Shown here piece after piece: positions 1 through 9,847 of a stretch of DNA of 32,000 bases. Both the position numbers and the translations under genes were made by a program. How positions within the stretch are numbered: position 1 is the stretch's first letter; each line of letters starts with the position of its first letter. The stretch comes from Dictyoglomus turgidum DSM 6724 (GTDB lineage: Bacteria; Dictyoglomota; Dictyoglomia; Dictyoglomales; Dictyoglomaceae), in assembly GCF_000021645.1 (NCBI RefSeq), contig NC_011661.1, positions 723 to 32,722 on the forward strand, in the 5' to 3' direction. The notes below the pieces were generated by a model that was not told where the DNA came from, did no database searches, and worked only from the letters and a program-made list of their open reading frames with translations.

Positions 1-684
1 ACACAAGAAGAATTCTTCTATACTTTTAATGCTCTCTATGAAGCTGGAAAACAAATTGTACTCACCAGTGATAGGGTTCCAAAGGAAATTCCAACCTTAG
101 AAGATAGATTAAGATCTCGCTTTGAGTGGGGATTAATTGCAGATATTCAACCTCCAGATCTTGAAACCCGAATAGCCATACTAAAGAAGAAAGCCGAAGC
201 TGAAAAAGCAAAAGTACCTGATGAGGTTATTGAGTTTATAGCCTCTCAAATCCAATCTAATATTCGTGAATTAGAGGGAGCTTTAATAAGAACCATAGCC
301 TTTGCCTCTTTAAACAATATGCCTATAAATCTTGAACTTGCAAAAACCGTTCTTAAAGATATAATTCAACCTCAGATAAAGAATATAACTATCCAAAATA
401 TACTTCAAGCTGTGGCTGAATACTTTAATATTACTGTTGAACAGTTAAAAGGTAAGGGAAGATCTCAAGAAATAGCTGTTCCAAGACAAATAGCCATGTA
501 CCTTGCAAGAACTTTAACTGACCTCTCCCTCCCTAAAATTGGAGAAGAATTAGGAGGAAGAGATCACACCACAGTACTTCACGCCTATGAGAAGATCCAG
601 GAACTTTATCAAACAGATCTTTCCATTAAAAAGGCTATACAAGATATACAAAATCGATTAAGAAACTCTAACTCTAATTCTTAA
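1..684 (+). CDS. dnaA: Chromosomal replication initiator DnaA, C-terminal 227 codons (5' end lies outside the window)
   Basis: Frame 1 is open from base 1; the track ORF 319..684 is only the part after an internal Met. The translation [30 protein letters not shown]...RSRFEWGL...IRELEGAL...[12 protein letters not shown] shows the DnaA AAA+ box VII/sensor region and the domain IV DNA-binding signature. Confidence 0.95.
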   Translation, partial: TQEEFFYTFNALYEAGKQIVLTSDRVPKEIPTLEDRLRSRFEWGLIADIQPPDLETRIAILKKKAEAEKAKVPDEVIEFIASQIQSNIRELEGALIRTIAFASLNNMPINLELAKTVLKDIIQPQIKNITIQNILQAVAEYFNITVEQLKGKGRSQEIAVPRQIAMYLARTLTDLSLPKIGEELGGRDHTTVLHAYEKIQELYQTDLSIKKAIQDIQNRLRNSNSNS

Positions 685-686
685 GT

Positions 687-1532
687 TTATTTTTTCCTTA
701 AATATTTGAAAAGCTCAGAGTCAGGAGTAATTATCAACACATTACCAGGAAGAGTGCTCTTGTAAAGCTCTAAGGTTTTAAGAAACTGATAAAATTCGGG
801 ATCTGAAGATAGAGCAGTTTGAAGTATTTTGCTTGCTTCTGCTTCACCCTTCCCCTTTAACTCCTGAGCCTTTCTATATGCCTCTGAAAGAATAATTACT
901 CTCTTCTTTTCTGCCTCCGACTTTATTCTCTGAGCCTCCCTTTGCCCCTCTGCTCTATAAAGAGCAGCCTGTCTTTGTCTTTCTGCTGTCATGGAATCAT
1001 ATATCTTTTTGAGATTTTCCGCAGGAACACTCACCCTTTTCATTCTAACGGTACTTATTTCAATACCAAGTTCCTTTGCTTTTTCCCTTGATGATATTGT
1101 TATCTCTTCAAATACCTCTTCCCTTTTCTTAGAAACTATATCATCAAAGTCATACTGCCCTACCACTCTTCTCATCTCACTATAGATAATATCATCAAGC
1201 CTCGCCTGAGCTCCCAGTTCATTTCTTACTGTCTTTAAAAACAATATGGGATCATAAATTTTAAAAAGAGCAAAAGAATCCAAAATCATAGACTTTTTAT
1301 CCTTCGTAACCACTATGGTAGGCTCTGAATCATATTGCAGAATTCTTTTCTCAAAAAATATTACTTCCTGTACAAAGGGCTTTTTAAAATAAAGACCAGG
1401 CTCTTTTACCACCCTTACTGGCTTTCCAAATTCAAGGACCACAGCCTGATTTGTTATATCAACTATAAAGATGGAAAAAATCAAGATAAATAAAATAATA
1501 AAGAGAATTACACCTAAATAAACATACTTCAT
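687..1532 (-). CDS. hflC: SPFH/band-7 membrane protease modulator HflC
   Basis: 281 aa with an N-terminal TM helix, an SPFH domain and a charged coiled C-terminal region (AERQRQAALYRAEGQREAQRI). It overlaps the upstream hflK stop by 4 nt, the typical hflK-hflC arrangement. Confidence 0.85.
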   Translation of the reverse strand: MKYVYLGVILFIILFILIFSIFIVDITNQAVVLEFGKPVRVVKEPGLYFKKPFVQEVIFFEKRILQYDSEPTIVVTKDKKSMILDSFALFKIYDPILFLKTVRNELGAQARLDDIIYSEMRRVVGQYDFDDIVSKKREEVFEEITISSREKAKELGIEISTVRMKRVSVPAENLKKIYDSMTAERQRQAALYRAEGQREAQRIKSEAEKKRVIILSEAYRKAQELKGKGEAEASKILQTALSSDPEFYQFLKTLELYKSTLPGNVLIITPDSELFKYLRKK

Positions 1533-2518
1533 TTTTTATCCCCCTCTTGAAGAGTTATGGTACTTGTGAAAAGCTCTGATGGAAAACTATATATTTTCAT
1601 AGATCCCTTGGGATCATCAATTATAATAATCTTAGTTTTTGGAAGCACCATCTCCATAGCCTCTAAATAAAGCTTTGTCCTTATAAGAGATGGAGAGTTT
1701 TTATATCTTTCAAGTAGTGCTTTAAATCTTTGAGCATCGCCTTTTGCTCTCTCTATTTGTTGGTCCATATAAGCCTCTGCTTCGGCAATAATTTTTGCCG
1801 CTTGACCTTCTGCTTCGGGAACAATCTGGTTGTAATATGCCTGAGCTTCAAGAATAAGTTTATCCTTTTCTGATTTTGCATTTATTACATCTTGAAATGC
1901 TGGTTGGACAGGCTCTGGGGGAACTACGTCTTGAAGTTGAACATTCACAATCTTAACACCAAAATTGTTATTATTCAATAAATTTTGCAAAAGAGTTTTT
2001 ACATTATTCTGAATTTCTTCCTTAGAAACTGTTAAAATCTCGTCAAATTCATACCCTCCAACGATTTGCCTCATAGAAGCCTGAGCAAGGTCACGAAGAA
2101 GTTTCTCTTCTCCCTTCACATTACTAAGATAAGATACAGCATCAGTTATCTGGTATTGAACCACAAAATCTAAATCCACAATTTTACCATCCTTGGTCAA
2201 AAGAAGAGATTCCTCTTTCACATCTCTATATTGAGGAGGAGGTCCCAAGGTTATAGTGCGAAAACCAATTTCAAGTCTCCTTATTGCTGAAACATCTATT
2301 TTAATAACCTGATCTATCAAGGGAATCTTCCAATGAATACCGGGATCATACATACCAATAATCTTCCCAAATCTCTTTACTATTCCTACCTCCGCAGGTC
2401 CCACAAAATAAAAGCTTGAAAAAACCAAAACCAATAAGATAACTACAATAATGATAGTAAAAATTGTTTTTATGGATAAATTATTTTTGGGAAATTGGAA
2501 ATCAGGAAAATTTTGCAT
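1529..2518 (-). CDS. hflK: SPFH/band-7 membrane protease modulator HflK
   Basis: 329 aa with an N-terminal TM helix (IFTIIIVVILLVLVF), an SPFH domain and a coiled tail (AEGQAAKIIAEAEAY). An AGGAGGG Shine-Dalgarno lies 5 nt upstream of the ATG. It is the first member of the SPFH pair. Confidence 0.85.
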   Translation of the reverse strand: MQNFPDFQFPKNNLSIKTIFTIIIVVILLVLVFSSFYFVGPAEVGIVKRFGKIIGMYDPGIHWKIPLIDQVIKIDVSAIRRLEIGFRTITLGPPPQYRDVKEESLLLTKDGKIVDLDFVVQYQITDAVSYLSNVKGEEKLLRDLAQASMRQIVGGYEFDEILTVSKEEIQNNVKTLLQNLLNNNNFGVKIVNVQLQDVVPPEPVQPAFQDVINAKSEKDKLILEAQAYYNQIVPEAEGQAAKIIAEAEAYMDQQIERAKGDAQRFKALLERYKNSPSLIRTKLYLEAMEMVLPKTKIIIIDDPKGSMKIYSFPSELFTSTITLQEGDKK

Positions 2519-2528
2519 AAAATCCCTC

Positions 2529-3066
2529 CTATCTTTTAATGAAATAGGATAAAATCTTTAAAATCAAAAGTACTACAGAAACAAACTGAGACATTTTATA
2601 ATCAAGCTCAAATTCATTTTGTTTCTTTAAATCTTCTTCTCCCTTTTTTAAAAGAAGATCAATCTTTTCTTCAAGCTCCTTAGGAAGATTTTCTCTACTT
2701 TCTTTGTTAAAACTCTCTTTTCTACTCCTTTGATATGCCTTATACTTTCTCAAGGAATCTAAGGGAAGCCACATCCCAAAACATTGCTCACAGTAATAAA
2801 TAACTATATCCTTAGGTATAAGAGGATCTTTTAATAACATTAGTGGACTTTTGTCGTTAGGGCATATAGAGGGTTGGCATAAAGACTTTATACTTTTTTC
2901 AATGGAAAATTTTTCCACCTCTTCAGGTTTCATAGAATAGAGTTCATACTTATCAAACCATATTCTACCACAATGTTCGCATTGATCTACTTCTATGTAT
3001 CTTACATAGTGGGCAAGAACTTTTTTTAGGAATTAATATGTTTCCGCAACAAGGACAAATCTTCAT
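2529..3066 (-). pseudogene. Tail-anchored protein with two zf-TFIIB-like zinc ribbons, split by a 1-nt frameshift in an A7 run (5' fragment 2965..3066, main ORF 2529..2933)
   Basis: ATG 3066 gives MKICPCCGNILIPKK and then goes out of frame at the A7 run (T7 on the + strand, 3021..3027). The other frame continues VLAHYVRYIEVDQCEHCGRIWFDKYELYS-MKPEE..., which completes a Cys4 ribbon. A second ribbon (CQPSIC...CEQCFGMWLPLDSL) and a C-terminal TM helix follow. Confidence 0.7.
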
Positions 3067-3080
3067 TTTTAATTTATAAA

Positions 3081-3102
3081 GGGGAGAGAAAATTCTCTCC
3101 CC
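3081..3102 (-). terminator. Rho-independent terminator after the PEGA gene
   Basis: The hairpin GGGGAGAG-AAAATT-CTCTCCCC is followed on the minus strand by TTTATAAATT. It lies between the PEGA stop (3110) and ATG 3066. Confidence 0.6.
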
Positions 3103-3109
3103 TAATTTT

Positions 3110-5164
3110 CTATTTTCCTTCCACAACTATTTCCTTTAATCTAACATTATTTAATGCATCTTGCAATATTCTGAGAGTAATGATGTTTTCTTTACTTGGG
3201 TCAAAATAATCTTTTATATTCCATTTAACAATAACATAATCCTTATCTTCAAATCCCATAGGAAGGGTTATAGGTTTTCCATTTACAAGCACTATAAGAA
3301 TGGGATCTAAAATGGATTTTTTCTTTTCATCTTTTTCAAAGAATAGGTTTATACTCAGTATTATATCCTTAAAATTGAAAGGAGCAGGAACTTTCACTTC
3401 AAAAACTCCAGAAGGTCTCATTACAAGGGCATATTCTTTGCCTTCTTTGTCCATAAATACATTTTCAGCTCTTAAAACTATTAAATTACCATCATATCCA
3501 CCCTTTGTAAAGTTGAGGTAATAAGTCTTAGTCACCACAACGGGAACAAGAGTAAACATATAACTTACCTTGTCCCTTGGTTTTACTACAATTTCCGTAT
3601 TAAGATCATTATACCCCTCTAAGGAGAGAGTTAATGTATATCTACCTTCTCTTAAATATAAAGTGATGGGAGTTGTACCTTGATATTTTCCATCAACATA
3701 AACTCTTGCTCCCCTTGGCTGAGAGTCTACATTGACTTCAGAAGATATAGGCTTAAGGGTAACATTTAATTGTTTTACATCTCCAGGATTAAGATAAACC
3801 GTCTCTGAGTAATCTTCATAGCCCGAAAGAGTAACCCTTACAGAGTAGGAGCCAGAAGAAAGATCCGTTATGGATAAGGGAGTTTTACCTTTATATACTC
3901 CATTAATATATACATCCGCGAAGGATGGTGTTGAGAAGATATTTAAGGTAGCAGAAAGAGGTACTAAAGTAAAATTATAGTTTGAAACTTGCCCAGAATA
4001 GACATCTACAAATCCTATATAATCTTTATACCCACTTAGTCTTAGCTGTAGTTGATATCTACCTGGATTAAGGTTATTGATTACAATAGGGGTTTTCCCT
4101 CTATAGACTCCATTAAGATAGACATCAGCACCTTGAGGCACTGAATTCACACTTAAAGAGCCATAGAGCGGAACTAAAGAGTAGGAGAGATATGTAGTTC
4201 TATTTGGCTCTACTTTTATAGTTTCTATTCTCTCTTGATAACCTGAATATACAATTCTCAGCTGATAGGTCTTTGCAGGAATATTATATAAAATTAAAGG
4301 AGTTAATCCTCTATAAGTTCCATCAAGATATACCGATGCACCTCTTGGTTCTGTCTCTATTCTCAAATTTCCATAAGCAGGTTGCAAATTAAAAGTATAT
4401 TCTCTATCTCTTCCCTCTTGAACTACTATATTGGTGGAATAATCTAAATATCCTTCTTTCTTTAAAGTTACCCTGTAATTCCCTGGAAGTAACATTAAGG
4501 TTAACGGAGTTGTACCTTGATACTCATCATTTAAGTATACCTGTGCTCCCGAAGGATTAGAGTAAATATTAATCTTTGATCTTACTTGAGCTTCCTGAAC
4601 ATAAAAATAGGTTACACTCTGGGCCCAGGTTTTACCCTCTTCTTTCCTCAAGGTTTTCTGCAAATTTTCAAGGGCCGTTTCTACTTTTTTTTCTATAACA
4701 CTTCCTGGAGCCATACTTTCAAATCTTTTACCAGGAAATATTTCAAGTGGTTTCTTAGTAATTATCCCTACTACATACTCTTTTCCAAAAGGTGGAGTTA
4801 CTTTAAAGCTGTAAGTGGGTTTATCTGGAAAAGTATAAGTTTTATCCTTTTTGATGAAATTATCCTTAGAATAAGAATTTGGGAATATTAACTTAAATTG
4901 ACCATCAGGAGTTATGTCAAATAGATATAAATAAACATCATCGTTTGCCTTTACATAAATTATTAAATTCTCTCCCACTTTATATACGCTTCCCTCGGGT
5001 TTATTCAACCAAAGATCTAAATTTAAAACAGGTTGAGGATTAGGAACTATAATTATTTTCTCCCATTCTCTCTCGGGTTGAATCTGTATCTTTTCTTGTG
5101 CAGCCCCCCCACTTAACATTATTAAAACAAAAACAAGGACAAACAAAGAAAGCAATCTTCTCAT
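3110..5164 (-). CDS. Secreted protein with a DUF4384-like N-terminal domain and five PEGA repeats
   Basis: 684 aa with signal peptide MRRLLSLFVLVFVLIMLSGGAAQ. Five repeats of about 70 aa carry the PEGA-type pattern (SNPSGAQVYLNDEYQGTTPL, TEPRGASVYLDGTYRGLTPL, SVPQGADVYLNGVYRGKTPI, STPSFADVYINGVYKGKTPL, SQPRGARVYVDGKYQGTTPI). A strong Shine-Dalgarno AAGGGAGGGA is present. Confidence 0.85.
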   Translation of the reverse strand: MRRLLSLFVLVFVLIMLSGGAAQEKIQIQPEREWEKIIIVPNPQPVLNLDLWLNKPEGSVYKVGENLIIYVKANDDVYLYLFDITPDGQFKLIFPNSYSKDNFIKKDKTYTFPDKPTYSFKVTPPFGKEYVVGIITKKPLEIFPGKRFESMAPGSVIEKKVETALENLQKTLRKEEGKTWAQSVTYFYVQEAQVRSKINIYSNPSGAQVYLNDEYQGTTPLTLMLLPGNYRVTLKKEGYLDYSTNIVVQEGRDREYTFNLQPAYGNLRIETEPRGASVYLDGTYRGLTPLILYNIPAKTYQLRIVYSGYQERIETIKVEPNRTTYLSYSLVPLYGSLSVNSVPQGADVYLNGVYRGKTPIVINNLNPGRYQLQLRLSGYKDYIGFVDVYSGQVSNYNFTLVPLSATLNIFSTPSFADVYINGVYKGKTPLSITDLSSGSYSVRVTLSGYEDYSETVYLNPGDVKQLNVTLKPISSEVNVDSQPRGARVYVDGKYQGTTPITLYLREGRYTLTLSLEGYNDLNTEIVVKPRDKVSYMFTLVPVVVTKTYYLNFTKGGYDGNLIVLRAENVFMDKEGKEYALVMRPSGVFEVKVPAPFNFKDIILSINLFFEKDEKKKSILDPILIVLVNGKPITLPMGFEDKDYVIVKWNIKDYFDPSKENIITLRILQDALNNVRLKEIVVEGK

Positions 5165-5201
5165 AAAAAATCCCTCCCTTAATATGTTCTCACTACAGGA
5201 A

Positions 5202-5210
5202 ATTATAGCA
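5202..5210 (-). promoter_or_regulatory. Extended -10 element of the PEGA protein gene
   Basis: On the minus strand, TGCTATAAT lies 37 nt upstream of ATG 5164, with the Shine-Dalgarno AAGGGAGGGA in between. Confidence 0.4.
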
Positions 5211-5254
5211 GTAAAAGGAATATAAAAAAGTGATAAAAGTTACATAAATAAAGA

Positions 5255-6928
5255 CTAATAATTATTTATCCCTGCCTCTTTTTTTCTCTTTTTCTCTTCA
5301 TACATCATTTTATCTGCCATCTGCAAGAGCTCCTCTATACTACAAGGAGACTCAGGATTATAAAAAACTGTACCAATGCTCAAAGAAAGTTTATAAGCTT
5401 TATCCTTCCTTTGATTCGATATTTCAACCTTATGTCTTAACCTATTTAAAATCTCATCTTTATCCTCTTCCTTCTCTACGACTCCAAGAATAACAAATTC
5501 ATCTCCTCCAATTCTTGCTATCAAATCATTCTCTCTAAAAGTTTTTTTCAGTATATCTGCAGTCTCTTTCAGAGCCAAATCCCCAATATTATGACCTAAA
5601 TTATCATTTATCCATTTCATGTTATCAAGATCTATAAAGATTAGAATTAAGTTCTTTTTTAATCTTCTTGCAAGGCCCATGGTATGTTCAGCAAGAGTAA
5701 TAAAACCACGCCTATTATAGAGTCCTGTTAAAGGATCAGTATTAGAGATCTTCTTCAATTCTTCTTCTAACTGCTTTCTATAAGTAATATCTAAAACGGT
5801 ACCAAGAATAGCAGGCTTTCCTCTATAAGTAGTATTCACAGCACAAAGTTCAAAATATACTGTATTACCATCTATCTTTCTTATGCCTTTAAACTCATCA
5901 ATCACATAATCAAGTTTTCTCTCTCTAAGTACACGTATTCGGTGTAAAAACTTTCCTTTATCCTCTTCTGCAATGATCTTTAAAAAGTCCGTAATGTCAT
6001 TTAACTCAAAGGGATATCCAAGAATTTCTACAAGTTGAGGGTTTATATAGACCATCTTGTTTTCTTGAGAAATAAAAACTCCTATTAAAGATTGCTCAGC
6101 AAGTAATCTATAGCGGTCTTCTAATTCTTTATAATTTTCCCATAATATGTTCTCAAAAATTATTCCCGATAGATAACTGGAAAATCCCTCAAGATAAGAT
6201 ATTAGTCTATCGTCAAGAGGATCTCTTTCCTTAAATTCCAAAAGCAGTACTCCAAATAAGGAATTACTTTTCTTAAGAGGAATAGCAATAGCAGAAAGAG
6301 TCCTAAGGGTTACACTTCTTACTGTAGTTTTACGCATATCTGGGTAATATAGGATCTTTCCCTTATTTATCACATGATAAAAGGGATATCTTTCATCGTC
6401 CTTTTTTAATTCTGCTTCTATAGGTTCTGAATAGTGTCTTATTTTTAGATCTCCATTATCCACAAGAGCAATACATCCAAATTTTGCCTTAAAAACCTTT
6501 AAAATAGTATTAAATATTTCCTTTTCTAATTCCTTAGTATCCTTTTTATTAAAACCCTTTATTAAATTAAAGATATCTTGAAAAACAACCTCTTCTGTTT
6601 TATCAAGAATCTCTGTTATTATTCCTACTACTTTATCATTCATTTTTATAGGAGTAATTTTTACTTCCTCAAAATTCTCATCAAGGACAATCCTCTCTCC
6701 GCTCAAAGCTCTTGAATAATAAATAGCCTTATCGTTGAATTGTGGAAGTACCTCAAGTAATGGCTTATTCATAATTTTTTGATCTTTGATTTCAAAAAAC
6801 TTTTCAAAGCTTTTGTTGTAAAAGATCAACCTTAATTTATCATCAGTGAAAAACACAGGATAATTTACTTCGTTAGAAAACCAAGATAAAAATAAATCCT
6901 TTGATTTAATCCATTGAAAAACTTCCAT
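5255..6928 (-). CDS. PAS-GAF-PAS-GGDEF diguanylate cyclase
   Basis: 557 aa. The C-terminal domain has the GGDEF active-site motif (RIGGDEFVIL) preceded by DPLTGLYNRRGF. The upstream regions resemble PAS and GAF sensor modules. Confidence 0.85.
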   Translation of the reverse strand: MEVFQWIKSKDLFLSWFSNEVNYPVFFTDDKLRLIFYNKSFEKFFEIKDQKIMNKPLLEVLPQFNDKAIYYSRALSGERIVLDENFEEVKITPIKMNDKVVGIITEILDKTEEVVFQDIFNLIKGFNKKDTKELEKEIFNTILKVFKAKFGCIALVDNGDLKIRHYSEPIEAELKKDDERYPFYHVINKGKILYYPDMRKTTVRSVTLRTLSAIAIPLKKSNSLFGVLLLEFKERDPLDDRLISYLEGFSSYLSGIIFENILWENYKELEDRYRLLAEQSLIGVFISQENKMVYINPQLVEILGYPFELNDITDFLKIIAEEDKGKFLHRIRVLRERKLDYVIDEFKGIRKIDGNTVYFELCAVNTTYRGKPAILGTVLDITYRKQLEEELKKISNTDPLTGLYNRRGFITLAEHTMGLARRLKKNLILIFIDLDNMKWINDNLGHNIGDLALKETADILKKTFRENDLIARIGGDEFVILGVVEKEEDKDEILNRLRHKVEISNQRKDKAYKLSLSIGTVFYNPESPCSIEELLQMADKMMYEEKKRKKEAGINNY

Positions 6929-7094
6929 CCCTTCTTTCCCCCTACTACTTTTGCTCTTAAAGCATTAACTTTAATTTACCACAAATATGAAATAAATTTC
7001 AAGAACTCTTTTAACTTATTTTTAATATGTTTCCATGATAAAATTTACTTATAATGATAAAAATATGGATGCTTAAAAAGAAAGGAGGATTTTG

Positions 7095-8354
7095 ATGAAG
7101 AAAATTTTATACGTGGTGCTTGACGGCTTAGGAGGAACTTCTGATCCGAAGCTCAATGGTAAAACCGAATTAGAAGTCGCAAAAACTCCTAACATGGACC
7201 GTTTAGCCCAAAAAGCAAAACTCGGTCTCATGTATCCTATAGGTCCCAATATTGCTCCTGAGTCTGACGCAGCAGTTTTAAGCATTCTTGGTTATGATGT
7301 GGATAAATATTACACTGGAAGAGGTCCCTTAGAAGCCCATGGAGCAGATATTGAAGTTAGAGATGGAGATCTTGCTTGGAGGGCCAATTTTGCAACAGTA
7401 GACGAAGAAACCTTAAAGATCCTTGATCGAAGAGCAGGAAGAAATTTATCTACAGAAGAGGCAAAAGCCCTTGCAGAGGAGGTAAATCAAAAAGTAAAGC
7501 TGGAAGATGCAGAATTTATCTTTAAAGCCACCGTAGGACATAGAGGAGTTCTGGTTATAAGGAGCAAAAAAGGAAAACTTTCTGCCAATGTGGAAAATAT
7601 AGATCCCGGGTATAAGAGACATGGACCTTATAGTATTGCCATTTCCAATCCTCCATCAGAAGTACAAAAATGTATCCCCCTTGATGATTCTGAAGAAGCA
7701 AAAGAGGCTGCAAAACTTACCAATGAGTTCGTAATTAAAGCCTTTGAAGTACTAAAAAATTCTGAAATTAACAAAAAGAGAAAGGCAGAGGGTAAAAAAC
7801 CTGCAAATATAATTCTATTAAGAGATGCAGGAGATTCTCTTCCTAAGGTCCCAACTCTACAAGAGCTTTATGGGCTTACCTTTGGAAGTATTGTAGAGAT
7901 GCCTGTAGAAAGAGGAATTGCACTCCTTACTGGAATGAAAGAAGTACCTATAGAAGACGCTACCAATTACAAGCTTTGGGCAGATAAGGTAATCTATGCT
8001 TTAGAGCACTATGATGGAGTATATGCCCATTTAAAAGGTCCTGATGTACCTGGACATGATGGGGATTATGATAAAAAGATCAAAAGTATAGAAGATATTG
8101 ATTCTATTTTCTTTGAAAGTCTCTTACCTAAGCTTGACTTTTCAAAAGTGGTTATAGCTGTAACTGCAGATCATGCTACCCCTTGTATGTTAAAGTCCCA
8201 CTCCGAAGATCCAGTACCACTAATGATTATTACCAATGGAATTACTCCTGATGGTCTTACCTACTTTGGAGAAAGTGCTTGTAGTAAAGGTAGCATTGGG
8301 AAAATTAAAGGAACAGAACTTTTGCCTCTTCTTGTAAAAATAGCAAAAGAATAG
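7095..8354 (+). CDS. apgM: Cofactor-independent phosphoglycerate mutase, archaeal type
   Basis: The N-terminus MKKILYVVLDGLGG and the C-terminal motif VTADHATPC match the ApgM metalloenzyme family. GGAGG at 7084..7088 is 6 nt from ATG 7095. The TTG at 7092 used by the ORF track is too close to the Shine-Dalgarno. Confidence 0.85.
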   Translation: MKKILYVVLDGLGGTSDPKLNGKTELEVAKTPNMDRLAQKAKLGLMYPIGPNIAPESDAAVLSILGYDVDKYYTGRGPLEAHGADIEVRDGDLAWRANFATVDEETLKILDRRAGRNLSTEEAKALAEEVNQKVKLEDAEFIFKATVGHRGVLVIRSKKGKLSANVENIDPGYKRHGPYSIAISNPPSEVQKCIPLDDSEEAKEAAKLTNEFVIKAFEVLKNSEINKKRKAEGKKPANIILLRDAGDSLPKVPTLQELYGLTFGSIVEMPVERGIALLTGMKEVPIEDATNYKLWADKVIYALEHYDGVYAHLKGPDVPGHDGDYDKKIKSIEDIDSIFFESLLPKLDFSKVVIAVTADHATPCMLKSHSEDPVPLMIITNGITPDGLTYFGESACSKGSIGKIKGTELLPLLVKIAKE

Positions 8355-8358
8355 ATCT

Positions 8359-8383
8359 AGGGAGGACACTGTCCTCCCTTTTT
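8359..8383 (+). terminator. Rho-independent terminator after apgM
   Basis: AGGGAGGAC-ACT-GTCCTCCCT is followed by TTTTT. It abuts the stop codon of the convergent permease gene. Confidence 0.75.
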
Positions 8384-9158
8384 AATAATTGACCTTCCTT
8401 GTCAAGGTTCCTCTTCTTTTTGAAATTTTTTCTGCTAAATTAAAAGAACCTATCCCCAGAATTAAACTCAAAAAAGTAGTGAGCAGGCTATAAACTAGAA
8501 GTTGTTGAGAAGAGATATGATTCAAAAAGAGAGATTTTAGTCCCATAGATCTTCTTCCCCCCTCTATAAGGTAGAGAAAAGGGTTTATAAAGGAGAGAAA
8601 TCTTAAGAGAAGTTGAAGAGCAGAAACTGTTCCCTCTATCAAATAATTAGCACCCTCTCCCATAAAAAGAGAAAAAGATGCTAAAAATAGACCAAAACCT
8701 ATGCCTGCTAATAGGAACAAAAAGACATACAAGAAAAAGCTGTGAGATAACTGATAAGATGAACCTAATAATATGAAGAGAAAAAGAATCACAAAAGCAC
8801 TAAACATCTCAGAAAAACCTACCCCAAAAGACCTAGCGATTATCTTAAACAAAAAACTTCCTGGCGCAATATAGATAGGAATTAAAGTCTCATAGAAATT
8901 TCTATCATCAAAAATTGTCCAAACCATTCCCGAACTGGTACCACTTAAAATGTAAAACAAAAGATTCCCTGCAAGAATAAAATAAAAGTAATCCATAGCC
9001 TCTTTGCCCCTTGCGAAATAAACCACTAAGAATAAAATCTCCACCATAAAAAGAGGTCTTACAAAACTATATAGTAAAAACCAGTACCACTCAGTCCAAT
9101 TAGTCCATATCTTCCACCCAAGAACCAAAAGAGAATAAAACCTTCTTACTATTGCCAT
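8382..9158 (-). CDS. ABC-2 type transporter permease (second permease)
   Basis: 258 aa polytopic hydrophobic protein. It overlaps the upstream permease gene by 10 nt and lies in an operon with the ABC ATPase. Confidence 0.75.
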   Translation of the reverse strand: MAIVRRFYSLLVLGWKIWTNWTEWYWFLLYSFVRPLFMVEILFLVVYFARGKEAMDYFYFILAGNLLFYILSGTSSGMVWTIFDDRNFYETLIPIYIAPGSFLFKIIARSFGVGFSEMFSAFVILFLFILLGSSYQLSHSFFLYVFLFLLAGIGFGLFLASFSLFMGEGANYLIEGTVSALQLLLRFLSFINPFLYLIEGGRRSMGLKSLFLNHISSQQLLVYSLLTTFLSLILGIGSFNLAEKISKRRGTLTRKVNY

Positions 9159-9847
9159 CTTACGATTAATCTTCCCTCTCTTCTCGCTATGGTCTCAATT
9201 CTTTTAGCAAGGTAAAAGGAACCTCCTATGTAAATGCCAGATAAGAAAAGAAGTATAACTGTTTCTAACTCCACTGTTAAAAAAGCAAAAGGTTTACTTC
9301 CTAAAATCAAAGTTTGTCTTAAAGCATCAAGTCCTAAAGTGGTGGGAAGCAAAGAAGATAAAAAGGATATAATAAAAGGAAAAACTTTTACAGGAAAGAA
9401 AAACCCAGAAAAAAGATAGATAGGCTCTTGGAGAAGACTTGCAAGATGCCAAGCCTCTCTTCCCGAAAGAAGAAAAACACTAGAAAGCATCATACCAAGA
9501 CCATAAAGAGCTATCAATGTTATTGAAAAGATAAAAAGAGCTGAAGAAAGATTACTAAAATCTACAGGAATTTTAAAAATCAAAATACCAAGGATGAGAA
9601 TAGAAATAGCTCTTACTGAAGCGGCTACCATACCGCCAAGGGCCATGCCTATAAGGATACTATTTATGGAACAAGGTGCAATAAAAAAGATAGGAAGATT
9701 TCCTGTCATCCTTTCCCAATAAAGTTGAGATGCCATAGACCACAAAATATTAAGCCAATAAGCAATCATGGCTCCACCAAGAATAACAAAGGCATAAGCA
9801 AAATCAGGCACATTAAGAGATTTATATATAAATACAAAGGTGCTCAC
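9149..9847 (-). CDS. ABC-2 type transporter permease (first permease); N-terminus uncertain
   Basis: 232 aa from GTG 9847. The same frame stays open upstream to a stop at 9983..9985 and reads KKDIKRDLFWIPFDVLLPLLG, which looks like the cytoplasmic lead-in plus the start of TM1. There is no ATG, GTG or TTG in that stretch. Confidence 0.7.
   Translation of the reverse strand: MSTFVFIYKSLNVPDFAYAFVILGGAMIAYWLNILWSMASQLYWERMTGNLPIFFIAPCSINSILIGMALGGMVAASVRAISILILGILIFKIPVDFSNLSSALFIFSITLIALYGLGMMLSSVFLLSGREAWHLASLLQEPIYLFSGFFFPVKVFPFIISFLSSLLPTTLGLDALRQTLILGSKPFAFLTVELETVILLFLSGIYIGGSFYLAKRIETIARREGRLIVRWQ

Noticed and set aside
687-3066. The SPFH pair plus zinc-ribbon membrane protein, considered as a possible novel defence or stress module.
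   Set aside because: The hflK-hflC pairing, sizes and topology are those of the standard FtsH-modulating housekeeping pair. There is no nuclease, NTPase or other effector-like partner, so nothing beyond the frameshift is unusual.
3550-4560. Periodic repeats of about 210 nt in the PEGA gene, considered as a DNA repeat array or CRISPR-like structure.
   Set aside because: The repeats are diverged at the nucleotide level, are in frame, and correspond to five protein PEGA domains. There is no spacer-repeat organisation.
7298-7306. A perfect DnaA box (TGTGGATAA, the reverse complement of TTATCCACA).
   Set aside because: It is a single isolated copy inside the apgM coding sequence. No cluster of boxes or AT-rich unwinding element lies nearby. 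The origin of replication is more likely upstream of dnaA, outside the window.
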